Virus record (IMG/VR): IMGVR_UViG_3300030376_001531
Coordinates: 1-31,151 of that record
DNA from: a virus
Taxonomy: Duplodnaviria > Caudoviricetes
Reading direction: 5' to 3' (one strand)
DNA length: 31,151 nucleotides
In this document: one piece after another, positions 1-8,090 of the stretch
Layout: every line of letters starts with the position of its first letter
Numbering within the stretch: the first letter of the stretch is position 1
Made by a program: the position numbers and the translations under genes
Notes under the pieces: generated by a model
Seen by the model: only the letters and a program-made list of their open reading frames with translations
What the model was told of the DNA's origin: nothing
Databases searched by the model: none

Positions 1-1
1 T

Positions 2-1399
2 GACACGACCATCGACTGGAAGAATACCGGTGACAACTCCTACGATGGGGAGAAACTCAAACTCCTCGTACATGATGAATCGGGGAAGTGGGAGAAGCCC
101 AACAACATCCTCAACAACTGGAGGGTCACGAAAACCACATTAAGGCTAGGTAGTAGAATTATTGGTAAATGTATGATGGGTTCAACTTCTAACGCTTTGG
201 ATAAAGGTGGTAGAAACTTTAAAAAATTATATGATGAATCAGATGTTACTAAACGAAACCGCAACGGACAGACTAGTTCGGGATTATATAGTTTGTTCAT
301 ACCTATGGAATGGAACTACGAAGGATACATTGATTCTTATGGCATACCTGTCTTCGACACTCCCGACACAGAAGTATTTGGACCACAAGGCGAGTCTATC
401 AACCTTGGAGTTATTGAGTACTGGGAAAATGAAGTTGAAGGATTAAAAGATAATCAGGATGCTCTAAATGAATTTTATAGACAGTTTCCAAGAACTACTA
501 AACACGCTTTTAGAGATGAATCTAAATCATCTTTATTTAATCTAACTAAGATATATCAACAAATAGATTACAACGAAGGCGCTAATAATAAAAAACTAGT
601 TACTCAAGGTAATTTTTTATGGCAAAATGGAATTAAAGATAGCAGGGTAATATTTGCACCTAATCAACAAGGAAGATTTTACATATCTTGGATACCTGAG
701 CCAAACTTACAAAATAGATATATAGAAAAAAACGGAATAAAACATCCTGGTAATGAACATATAGGTGCTTTTGGTTGTGATCCATATGATATATCAGGTA
801 CAGTAGACAAGCGAGGTTCTAACGGTTCTTTACACGGATTAACAAAATTCAGTATGGAAAACGCGCCTGCTGATCAATTTTTTCTAGAATATATAGCTAG
901 ACCACAAACAGCTGAAATATTTTTTGAAGACGTGTTAATGGCTTGTATATTTTATGGCATGCCTATATTGGCTGAAAACAATAAACCAAGACTTTTATAT
1001 CATTTTAAACGAAGAGGATATAGAGGTTTTGCTATGAATAGACCTGATAAGATATGGAATAAATTATCAGTAACAGAAAAAGAAATAGGTGGCATACCCA
1101 ACTCTAGTGAAGATATAAAACAAGCTCATGCAGCTGCAATTGAATCTTATATAGAAACCGCTGTAGGTTTTAACGGTGATAGTTATGGAAATATATATTT
1201 TCAAAGAACACTAGAAGACTGGGCTGCTTTTGATATAAACAATAGAACAACTCACGATGCTTCTATTAGTTCTGGTTTAGCTTTAATGGCTTGTAACAAA
1301 AATAGATACGCACCTGTTAGTAGAAGAAAACGTGAACCAGTAGATTTAGGAATTAAAAAATATGATAATCGAGGTTCGTTATCAAAAATAATTAAGTAA
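2..1399 (+). CDS. terL: Terminase large subunit, 5'-truncated by the window edge (ATPase Walker B region plus RNase H-like nuclease domain)
   Basis: Frame is open from position 2 (DTTIDWKNTGDNSYDGEKLKLLVHDESGKW...), so the track's ATG at 173 is internal. Walker B-like LLVHDE, coupling-motif-like GSTSN, nuclease acidic motifs FGCDPYD, LAENNK and THDASISSGLAL. Directly upstream of the portal. Confidence 0.92.
   Translation, partial: DTTIDWKNTGDNSYDGEKLKLLVHDESGKWEKPNNILNNWRVTKTTLRLGSRIIGKCMMGSTSNALDKGGRNFKKLYDESDVTKRNRNGQTSSGLYSLFIPMEWNYEGYIDSYGIPVFDTPDTEVFGPQGESINLGVIEYWENEVEGLKDNQDALNEFYRQFPRTTKHAFRDESKSSLFNLTKIYQQIDYNEGANNKKLVTQGNFLWQNGIKDSRVIFAPNQQGRFYISWIPEPNLQNRYIEKNGIKHPGNEHIGAFGCDPYDISGTVDKRGSNGSLHGLTKFSMENAPADQFFLEYIARPQTAEIFFEDVLMACIFYGMPILAENNKPRLLYHFKRRGYRGFAMNRPDKIWNKLSVTEKEIGGIPNSSEDIKQAHAAAIESYIETAVGFNGDSYGNIYFQRTLEDWAAFDINNRTTHDASISSGLALMACNKNRYAPVSRRKREPVDLGIKKYDNRGSLSKIIK
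3..143 (+). CDS. Candidate overprinted ORF (3' end only) in the +1 frame of terL; Ser/Thr/Pro/Gly/Arg-rich
   Basis: Frame 3 is open from the window start to TAA 141-143 (TRPSTGRIPVTTPTMGRNSNSSYMMNRGSGRSPTTSSTTGGSRKPH*). Bases 1-140 are 50% GC by hand count (70/140), and the skew ends at about this stop. Confidence 0.4.
   Translation, partial: TRPSTGRIPVTTPTMGRNSNSSYMMNRGSGRSPTTSSTTGGSRKPH
231..446 (+). CDS. Candidate overprinted 71-aa ORF in the +1 frame of terL
   Basis: Part of track ORF 207..446. ATG at 231 follows ctttaaaaaattat, which resembles real start contexts in this window. Overlapped terL codons are unusually C/G-ending (cgc, tcg, gtc, ccc, ggc, atc). Confidence 0.35.
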   Translation: MMNQMLLNETATDRLVRDYIVCSYLWNGTTKDTLILMAYLSSTLPTQKYLDHKASLSTLELLSTGKMKLKD

Positions 1400-3772
1400 A
1401 TGAATATATACGCAAATCCAAATAGTGCTTTTCCTAGCCAGACAGTCTCTGATGCTGAAAAATCTTCAGAAGAATATGGAAGACAAGTCGCACAAGCTAT
1501 AGAAGGTGAGTGGTGGCAACAAGGTGGTAATGGTACAAGATTTGCTACTTCATATAATAGATTTCATACTTTAAGGCTATATGCAAGAGGTGAACAATCT
1601 GTTCAAAAATATAAAGATGAATTAGCTATTAACGGTGATTTGTCGTATTTAAATTTAGACTGGAAACCAGTACCGGTTATATCTAAGTTTGTAGATATAG
1701 TTTCAAATGGTATGAATAATAAGCTTTATGAAATAAAAGCTTATGCTCAAGATCCTCAATCATTAAAAAAGAGAACAGCTTATGCTGATGCTATTTTAAC
1801 TGATATGCTGGCTAAACCTTTTTTACAAAACCTTCAAGGTACGTTAGGTGTAGATAAGTTTCAAACAGATAAAAATAAATTACCTGAAACTGAAGAAGAA
1901 CTAGATATTCATATGCAGCTTAGTTATAAGCAAAGTATAGAAATAGCTGAAGAAGAAGTTATAAATAACACACTTGAAAGAAATAGATTTGAAAATATAA
2001 AGAAAAGATTTAATCATGATCTTGTAACTTTAGGTATTGGAGCTTGTAAAACATCTTGGAATATGTCTAACGGTGTTAATTTAAAATATGTAGATCCAGC
2101 TAATTTAATATATTCTTATTCAGAAGATCCTCATTTTGAAGATATATATTATGTTGGTGAAGTAAAACAATTAACTGTACCTGAAATAGCTAAACAATTT
2201 CCTAATTTAACTCAAGAACAATTAAAGAAAATAGAACAAACTAGAGGTTATAGTAAAGATAGAGGTAACATATATGGTTATAATTCTTATGATCCTAACA
2301 CTGTTTCTGTATTGTTTTTTGAATACAAAACATATAATGAACAGGTATTTAAAATAAAACAAACTGATACTGGTTTAGAAAAAGCTTTAGAAAAAACAGA
2401 TTTATTTAACCCTCCACCTAGTGATAACTTTGAAAGAGTTTCTAGAAAAATAGAAGTACTATATGAAGGTGTAAAAATAGTAGGTAATAATGAGCTTATA
2501 AAATGGGAATTATCTCAAAATATGACTAGACCTTTTGCTGATAATGCTAAGGTTGAGATGAGCTATACGCTGTGTGCTCCTCGTATGTATAAAGGTAGAA
2601 TTGAATCTATAGTTAGTAAAATTACAGGTTTTGCTGATATGATTCAAATAACTCATTTAAAACTACAACAAGTTATTGCTCGTACAGTTCCAGATGGTGT
2701 GTTTTTAGATATGGATGGTTTGGCTGAAGTTGATCTAGGTAATGGTACTAATTATAATCCAGCTGAAGCTTTAAACATGTATTTTCAAACTGGTAGTATT
2801 GTTGGTAGATCAATGACACAAGAAGGTGATATGAATCCAGGTAAAGTACCTATTCAAGAATTACAAACATCAAGCGGTCAAGGTAAGATACAAAGTTTAA
2901 TAGCTACATATCAATATTATTTACAATTAATAAGAGATTGTACTGGATTAAATGAAGCTAGAGATGGTAGTATGCCTGAAAAAGATACATTAGTTGGTTT
3001 ACAAAAAATGGCTGTTAATGCTTCTAACACAGCTACTAGACATTTAATGCAAGCTAGTTTATGGTTAACGGTTAGAACTTGTGAAAATATATCTTTAAAA
3101 GTAGCCGACTCGTTAAAAAATCCTTTATTAGTTAACTCAATAAAAAGTTCTATATCAACATATAATACCGCTACACTAGCAGAAATAAAAAACTTACCAT
3201 TACATGATTTCGGTATTTATTTAGAGTTAGAGCCAGAAGAAGAAGAAAAAGCTAGATTAGAGCAAAATATACAAATGGCTATACAGCAAGGTGGTATAGA
3301 CTTAGAAGATGCTATTGACATTAGAAGAATTAGAAACTTGAAGCTTGCTAATGATGTTTTAAAACAAAAACGTAAAGCAAAACAAAAAAGAGAGCAAGAA
3401 ATGCAAATGCAAATGGCTCAACAACAAGAGCAAGCAAAAGCAGCATCAGCTCAAGCTATAGCTGAAGCAGAAATGCAAAAACAACAAGCTCTTACTGCTT
3501 CTAATGTACAGTATGAACAAGCTAAGAATCAAATGGCTATTCAAAAAATAGAATATCAAGCTAAGCTTGAACAACAAAAAATGCAACAACAACATATGTT
3601 TGACATGGAGTTAAAGAAAATGGAAGTTGATGCTATGAAAGAAAAAGAATCTTTTATCGAAGATCGTAAAGATAAAAGGACTCGGATGGAGGGTACTCAA
3701 CAAAGTGAGATGATAGATCAAAGAAACAATGATCTTATGCCTATAAATTTTGAGCAAAAACAAAGTATGTAA
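1400..3772 (+). CDS. Portal protein (crAss-like type, long Gln-rich C-terminal coiled coil)
   Basis: 790 aa, abuts the terL stop. Position between terminase and scaffold/capsid, and a helical Q/E/K-rich C-terminal barrel-like region typical of podovirus portals. Confidence 0.88.
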   Translation: MNIYANPNSAFPSQTVSDAEKSSEEYGRQVAQAIEGEWWQQGGNGTRFATSYNRFHTLRLYARGEQSVQKYKDELAINGDLSYLNLDWKPVPVISKFVDIVSNGMNNKLYEIKAYAQDPQSLKKRTAYADAILTDMLAKPFLQNLQGTLGVDKFQTDKNKLPETEEELDIHMQLSYKQSIEIAEEEVINNTLERNRFENIKKRFNHDLVTLGIGACKTSWNMSNGVNLKYVDPANLIYSYSEDPHFEDIYYVGEVKQLTVPEIAKQFPNLTQEQLKKIEQTRGYSKDRGNIYGYNSYDPNTVSVLFFEYKTYNEQVFKIKQTDTGLEKALEKTDLFNPPPSDNFERVSRKIEVLYEGVKIVGNNELIKWELSQNMTRPFADNAKVEMSYTLCAPRMYKGRIESIVSKITGFADMIQITHLKLQQVIARTVPDGVFLDMDGLAEVDLGNGTNYNPAEALNMYFQTGSIVGRSMTQEGDMNPGKVPIQELQTSSGQGKIQSLIATYQYYLQLIRDCTGLNEARDGSMPEKDTLVGLQKMAVNASNTATRHLMQASLWLTVRTCENISLKVADSLKNPLLVNSIKSSISTYNTATLAEIKNLPLHDFGIYLELEPEEEEKARLEQNIQMAIQQGGIDLEDAIDIRRIRNLKLANDVLKQKRKAKQKREQEMQMQMAQQQEQAKAASAQAIAEAEMQKQQALTASNVQYEQAKNQMAIQKIEYQAKLEQQKMQQQHMFDMELKKMEVDAMKEKESFIEDRKDKRTRMEGTQQSEMIDQRNNDLMPINFEQKQSM

Positions 3773-3803
3773 ATACTAATTACTAATTTTATAATATTTT
3801 ATT

Positions 3804-5003
3804 ATGTCAGAAAAAGAAACAAAAAAGCCTGAGGTGACTAAAGAGGTCAAATCAGAAGGCGGTGATATGAAAATAAAATCTAAGCCTAAAAAGTTTACTG
3901 CAAAAGATCAACCTGTAAAAGTTGATTTAAGAAAAGATCCTAATGTAAAAATTGAGGAACCAGTAAAAGTTGAAATTAAAAAAGAAGATAATGCCATTCA
4001 AATCGGAGAAACAAAGGAGGTACCTGTGGGCGACAAACCCGAAGCTAGCAAAAAAGTGGACGGAAAAATATCAGAGTCCGAATCGCCTATTATCGAACTT
4101 AATAAAGAAGAACAAAAAGAAATAAAAAAAGTAGAGCAGAAAGTTGCTGAAGCTAAAAGAGACGAACAAGTATTAGGTAGACAGCTACCTGAAAACATTG
4201 AAAAGCTTGTTTCTTTTATGGAAGATACTGGTGGTACTGTTCAAGACTATGTAAGGTTAAATCATGATTATTCAAATGTTAATGATGAGTCTTTACTTAG
4301 AGAATACTATAAAAATACTAAGCCACATCTTACGCATGACGAAATTTCATTTGTAATGGAAGATCAATTTACGTTTGATGCGGACGTTGATGAAGAGCGA
4401 GACATCAAAAAAAAGAAACTTGCTAAAAAAGAGGCGGTTGCAGAAGCACGTGGTCATTTAGAAGACTTGAAGAAAAGGTATTATGAAGAAATAAAATTAA
4501 GACCTGGAGTAACTCAAGAACAACAAAAGGCTGTGGACTTTTTTAATCGCTACAACACAGAACAAGAAATAGCAACGCAACAACACAAAGACTTTGTTAA
4601 CAACACTAAAAGTTATTTCTCTAATGAATTCAAAGGTTTTGATTTCGAAGTTGGAGAAAAGAATTTTAGATATGGGGTTAAAAATGTTAATGATGTTGCA
4701 GAGAATCAATCTAATTTAAACAACTTCGTCGGGAAGTTCTTAGACACAGAAGGAAACGTTAAAGATACGAAAGGTTATCATAAGGCTATATATGCTGCAC
4801 AGAATATAGATAAAATCGTAAATCATTTTTACGAACAAGGGAAATCTGATGGAATTAAAACTGTAGTAGACAGCTCAAAGAATATTTCTAATGAAGCTCG
4901 TCAAACTCAAGGTGATATTTTTATCGGAGGTCTTAAAGTTAAAGCTATAGATGGTGTAGATAGTTCTAAATTGAGAATTAAAAAAAGTAAATTTAACAAT
5001 TAA
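3804..5003 (+). CDS. Putative capsid scaffolding/assembly protein
   Basis: 399 aa between portal and MCP. Low-complexity E/K-rich N-terminus and helical charged C-terminal half. Confidence 0.7.
   Translation: MSEKETKKPEVTKEVKSEGGDMKIKSKPKKFTAKDQPVKVDLRKDPNVKIEEPVKVEIKKEDNAIQIGETKEVPVGDKPEASKKVDGKISESESPIIELNKEEQKEIKKVEQKVAEAKRDEQVLGRQLPENIEKLVSFMEDTGGTVQDYVRLNHDYSNVNDESLLREYYKNTKPHLTHDEISFVMEDQFTFDADVDEERDIKKKKLAKKEAVAEARGHLEDLKKRYYEEIKLRPGVTQEQQKAVDFFNRYNTEQEIATQQHKDFVNNTKSYFSNEFKGFDFEVGEKNFRYGVKNVNDVAENQSNLNNFVGKFLDTEGNVKDTKGYHKAIYAAQNIDKIVNHFYEQGKSDGIKTVVDSSKNISNEARQTQGDIFIGGLKVKAIDGVDSSKLRIKKSKFNN
3991..4125 (+). CDS. Overprinted 44-aa basic protein nested in the +1 frame of the scaffold gene
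   Basis: ATG 3991 to TAA 4123-4125 gives MPFKSEKQRRYLWATNPKLAKKWTEKYQSPNRLLSNLIKKNKKK. A-rich upstream context (aaaaaagaagata ATG) and local GC rise. The MPFKSxKQRRY(L/M)W...AKKW pattern is one I recognise from small standalone phage proteins. It is below the ORF-track size cut-off. Confidence 0.75.
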   Translation: MPFKSEKQRRYLWATNPKLAKKWTEKYQSPNRLLSNLIKKNKKK

Positions 5004-5015
5004 AACTATTTAAAA

Positions 5016-6482
5016 ATGAGTGTATTAAGTCCTCAGTTCGGAAATTTAGTACCTACTCCCCAATTAGAAACATTAGCATCAAATTATTTGAATTTTGCTG
5101 ACGGGGGTGGAAACGATTTCGCGCAACAATATCTACCTGAAATTTATGAAGCCGAGGTAGAACGTTATGGAAACAGAACGATTGGAGGCTTCTTAAGAAT
5201 GGTGGGAGCAGAAATGCCAATGATGTCTGATCAAGTTGTTTGGTCAGAGCAAAACAGATTACATGTATCTTATGATAATGTAACTGCTGGAAATGGTGGT
5301 ACTGCAAACACTTTAACTATTCAAGGTATAGGCGCAAGCATCGTAAACGTTGTTTTCCCTAACCAAACTATTGTAATTATGGATCCTGCTGATCCTTCGT
5401 TTACTTGTAAAGCAATGGTATTAACTTCTGGTGCAACTGCAAATCCTGCAACTGGAGTTCTTACTGTACAACCTTATACAAGAACAAACGTTAACGCTGG
5501 AGCTGCTAACAGAACTGGATTAAAGATATTTGTCTACGGTTCTGAGTTTGCGAAAGGTGTTACTGGACCAGGAGCTTCTCAATCTATTGAGCCACAATTA
5601 TCAGTATTTAGTAACAAACCTATTATTATTAGAGATAGATACGCAGTATCTGGTTCTGATACAGCTCAAATTGGTTGGGTTGAGGTTGCTACTGAAGATG
5701 GTACTTCTGGTTACTTATGGTATTTGAAAGCTGAAGGTGAAACTAGATTAAGATTCGAAGATTACTTAGAGATGTCAATGATTGAAGGTGAATTAGCTGC
5801 TACAAACGCTATTGCTGCTACTATTGGAGCACAAGCTGGTGTTGCTGGAGCTACTGCTGGTCAAATCGGTACTGAAGGTTTATTTGCTGCTATTAACAAT
5901 GGTGGTAATGTACTTTCTGGTTACGCTGGATCACTTCAAGATTTCGACTCTGTACTAAGATTATTAGACAGTCAAGGAGCAATTGAAGAAAATATGTTAT
6001 TCTTAGACAGAAAAACTGAACTATTATTTGATAATATGTTAGCACAGCAAAATTCTTACGGAGCTGGTGGTACATCTTACGGTGTATTCGAAAACTCTGA
6101 AGACATGGCGCTTAACTTAGGTTTTTCTGGATTTAGAAGAGGTTCATATGACTTCTACAAAACTTCTTGGAAATACTTAAATGACGCTTCTTTAAGAGGT
6201 GGATCTTCAAACTTTGTTAACGGTGATAACATCGATGGTGTATTAGTACCTGCTGGAACTTCTACAGTATACGATCAATTACTAGGAACAAACATCAGAA
6301 GACCTTTCTTACATGTAAGATATAGAGCTTCTCAAGCTGATGATAGAAGAATGAAATCATGGTTAACAGGTTCTGTTGGCGGTGCTAGTACTTCTACTCT
6401 TGATGCTATGGAGGTTAACTTCTTATCAGAAAGATGTCTATGTACTCAAGCAAGAAATAATTTCGTATTATTTGTAGCTTAA
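5016..6482 (+). CDS. Major capsid protein (HK97 fold expected)
   Basis: 488 aa after the scaffold, with high-expression codon usage (aac, ttc, tac, gct, ggt) and followed by a strong hairpin. Size and position match crAss-like MCPs. Confidence 0.88.
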   Translation: MSVLSPQFGNLVPTPQLETLASNYLNFADGGGNDFAQQYLPEIYEAEVERYGNRTIGGFLRMVGAEMPMMSDQVVWSEQNRLHVSYDNVTAGNGGTANTLTIQGIGASIVNVVFPNQTIVIMDPADPSFTCKAMVLTSGATANPATGVLTVQPYTRTNVNAGAANRTGLKIFVYGSEFAKGVTGPGASQSIEPQLSVFSNKPIIIRDRYAVSGSDTAQIGWVEVATEDGTSGYLWYLKAEGETRLRFEDYLEMSMIEGELAATNAIAATIGAQAGVAGATAGQIGTEGLFAAINNGGNVLSGYAGSLQDFDSVLRLLDSQGAIEENMLFLDRKTELLFDNMLAQQNSYGAGGTSYGVFENSEDMALNLGFSGFRRGSYDFYKTSWKYLNDASLRGGSSNFVNGDNIDGVLVPAGTSTVYDQLLGTNIRRPFLHVRYRASQADDRRMKSWLTGSVGGASTSTLDAMEVNFLSERCLCTQARNNFVLFVA

Positions 6483-6489
6483 TTTTTAT

Positions 6490-6521
6490 AAGGTAAGGGC
6501 GCTTCGGCGCCCAATACCTTT
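6490..6521 (+). terminator. Hairpin after MCP (terminator/attenuator or mRNA-stabilising stem)
   Basis: GGGCGC-TTCG-GCGCCC (6497-6512), a C(UUCG)G tetraloop, extended by AAGGTA/TACCTT. Only a short U-run follows. Confidence 0.75.
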
Positions 6522-6544
6522 AACTTATTTAATTATATTATATT

Positions 6545-7315
6545 ATGTCAAAAGAAAAAAAGATAAACTCAGCCGAAGAAGGTTGGGAAATAAAAGATAG
6601 AAGATATGTTATTAGAGGTGATAGAAACCCTTTAACATTTACAATAAAATCAAGACATACAGAGAAATATCCTCTGCTATATTTTGATACAGATAACAAT
6701 ACACAAAGAGCGTTAAGATATGCTACAAATCAATCTTCACCGTTTGTTGATGAACAAAAAGGAGAAGTAACATTGAGGCATATTGTTTTTGAAGATGGAG
6801 CTCTATTTGTGCCAAAAGAAGAACAGGCTTTGCAAAAATTACTTTCATTATATCACCCTGATAGAAATAAAAGATTTGCAGAATTAATGCCTGTAAAAGA
6901 AGCTGAAGATGAAGTGCAAGTTATTAATTATCAGATTGATGCTATGATGTTAGCAAGAGATATGGATATTGATCACGCAGAAGCTATTATGAGAACTGAA
7001 ATAGGTTCTAAAGTAAATGAATTAAGTTCTAAAGAGCTAAGAAGAGATTTACTTAAATTTGCTAAAGATCAACCATATTTATTCTTAGAGTTAGCAAAAG
7101 ATGACAATGTAGAACTTAGAAACTTTGGCGTAAAAGCTACTGAAGCTGGTATTATAAAATTATCACAAGACCAGAGAAGCTTTACAATGGGTAAAAATGA
7201 TAGAAAACTGTTTAGTGTACCTTTTGATGAAAATCCATATTCAGCATTAGCTGCATGGTTTAAAACAGATGAAGGAGTAGAAATGTATAAATCTATTTCT
7301 AAAAAGTTTAAATAA
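6545..7315 (+). CDS. Conserved capsid-module protein following MCP (function unknown)
   Basis: 256-aa ORF with good start context, bounded by two hairpins. Same position as the conserved post-MCP gene of crAss-like phages. Confidence 0.65.
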   Translation: MSKEKKINSAEEGWEIKDRRYVIRGDRNPLTFTIKSRHTEKYPLLYFDTDNNTQRALRYATNQSSPFVDEQKGEVTLRHIVFEDGALFVPKEEQALQKLLSLYHPDRNKRFAELMPVKEAEDEVQVINYQIDAMMLARDMDIDHAEAIMRTEIGSKVNELSSKELRRDLLKFAKDQPYLFLELAKDDNVELRNFGVKATEAGIIKLSQDQRSFTMGKNDRKLFSVPFDENPYSALAAWFKTDEGVEMYKSISKKFK

Positions 7316-7321
7316 ATAATT

Positions 7322-7345
7322 AAGGCGGGTTCGCCCGCCTTTTTA
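7322..7345 (+). terminator. Rho-independent terminator
   Basis: AAGGCGGG-TTCG-CCCGCCTT followed by a T-run, in the 7316-7358 intergenic gap. Confidence 0.85.
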
Positions 7346-7358
7346 TAAAAATATTATA

Positions 7359-8087
7359 ATGGCAATAAACATAAATACTGTATATAAAACAGTCTTATTA
7401 ATACTTAACCAACAGCAAAGAGGATATATGACACCTGATGAATTCAACAAGGTTGCAGATCAGGTACAGTTAAATGTATTCGAAGGTTATTTTGAAGATT
7501 TAAATCAACAGTATAGACTGCCTCAAAATGATACTGAATATGCTAATAGAGTAGATAATCTAGAGCAGAAGTTACAGTATTTTCAAAGAACAGGAACTAG
7601 CACAGGTGCAAATCCTTTTACTCCAGCACCAAGTACTACAACATATAATGGTAATGTAGTAACTGATACTATATATAGAGTTGGTTCTGTATTTTACAAA
7701 GGAGTTCAATTAAACCAATACGCTCAAAGAAACGAGATAACACAATTATTACTTTCCCCGTTAACTCAACCTACTACAGATTTTCCTATATATTTACATG
7801 AAAACGATAAGTTTTATGTATATCCTACTAGCATTATTGCAAACGCGGATATAACTTTTTCTTATATTAAAAAACCTGAGCCACCAGTTTGGAGTTATGG
7901 TGTTGGAAATTTAGGTCAATATGAATATGCTTCAGGAACTTCTATAAATTTTGAACTAGCTGCTTCTGAACAAAGTAATGTTATTACTAGAGTATTATCC
8001 TATGCTGGAGTAATAATAAATGACCCAACGATAATACAGGTAGCTCAACAAGAAATAGCTGCAGAACAACAAAACGCAAAACTATAA
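7359..8087 (+). CDS. Putative head-tail adaptor / tail ring protein
   Basis: 242 aa. Helical N-terminus (LLILNQQQRGYMTPDEFN), beta-rich middle and YIKKP motif. First gene of the tail block. Confidence 0.62.
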   Translation: MAININTVYKTVLLILNQQQRGYMTPDEFNKVADQVQLNVFEGYFEDLNQQYRLPQNDTEYANRVDNLEQKLQYFQRTGTSTGANPFTPAPSTTTYNGNVVTDTIYRVGSVFYKGVQLNQYAQRNEITQLLLSPLTQPTTDFPIYLHENDKFYVYPTSIIANADITFSYIKKPEPPVWSYGVGNLGQYEYASGTSINFELAASEQSNVITRVLSYAGVIINDPTIIQVAQQEIAAEQQNAKL

Positions 8088-8090
8088 GAC

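Noticed and set aside
173-175. ATG at 173 as the terL start
   Set aside because: The frame is open to the window edge and includes the Walker B motif upstream, so the true start is outside the window.
4378-4461. 27-aa basic +1 ORF in the scaffold gene (MRTLMKSETSKKRNLLKKRRLQKHVVI)
   Set aside because: Slight GC rise, but short, with a poor start context and no recognisable motif; compatible with chance.
5530-5727. 65-aa Leu-rich +1 ORF within MCP (possible nested gene or frameshift product)
   Set aside because: Leu/Val richness is the expected shadow of T-ending codons in a highly expressed gene. No codon anomaly, good start context or slippery site seen.
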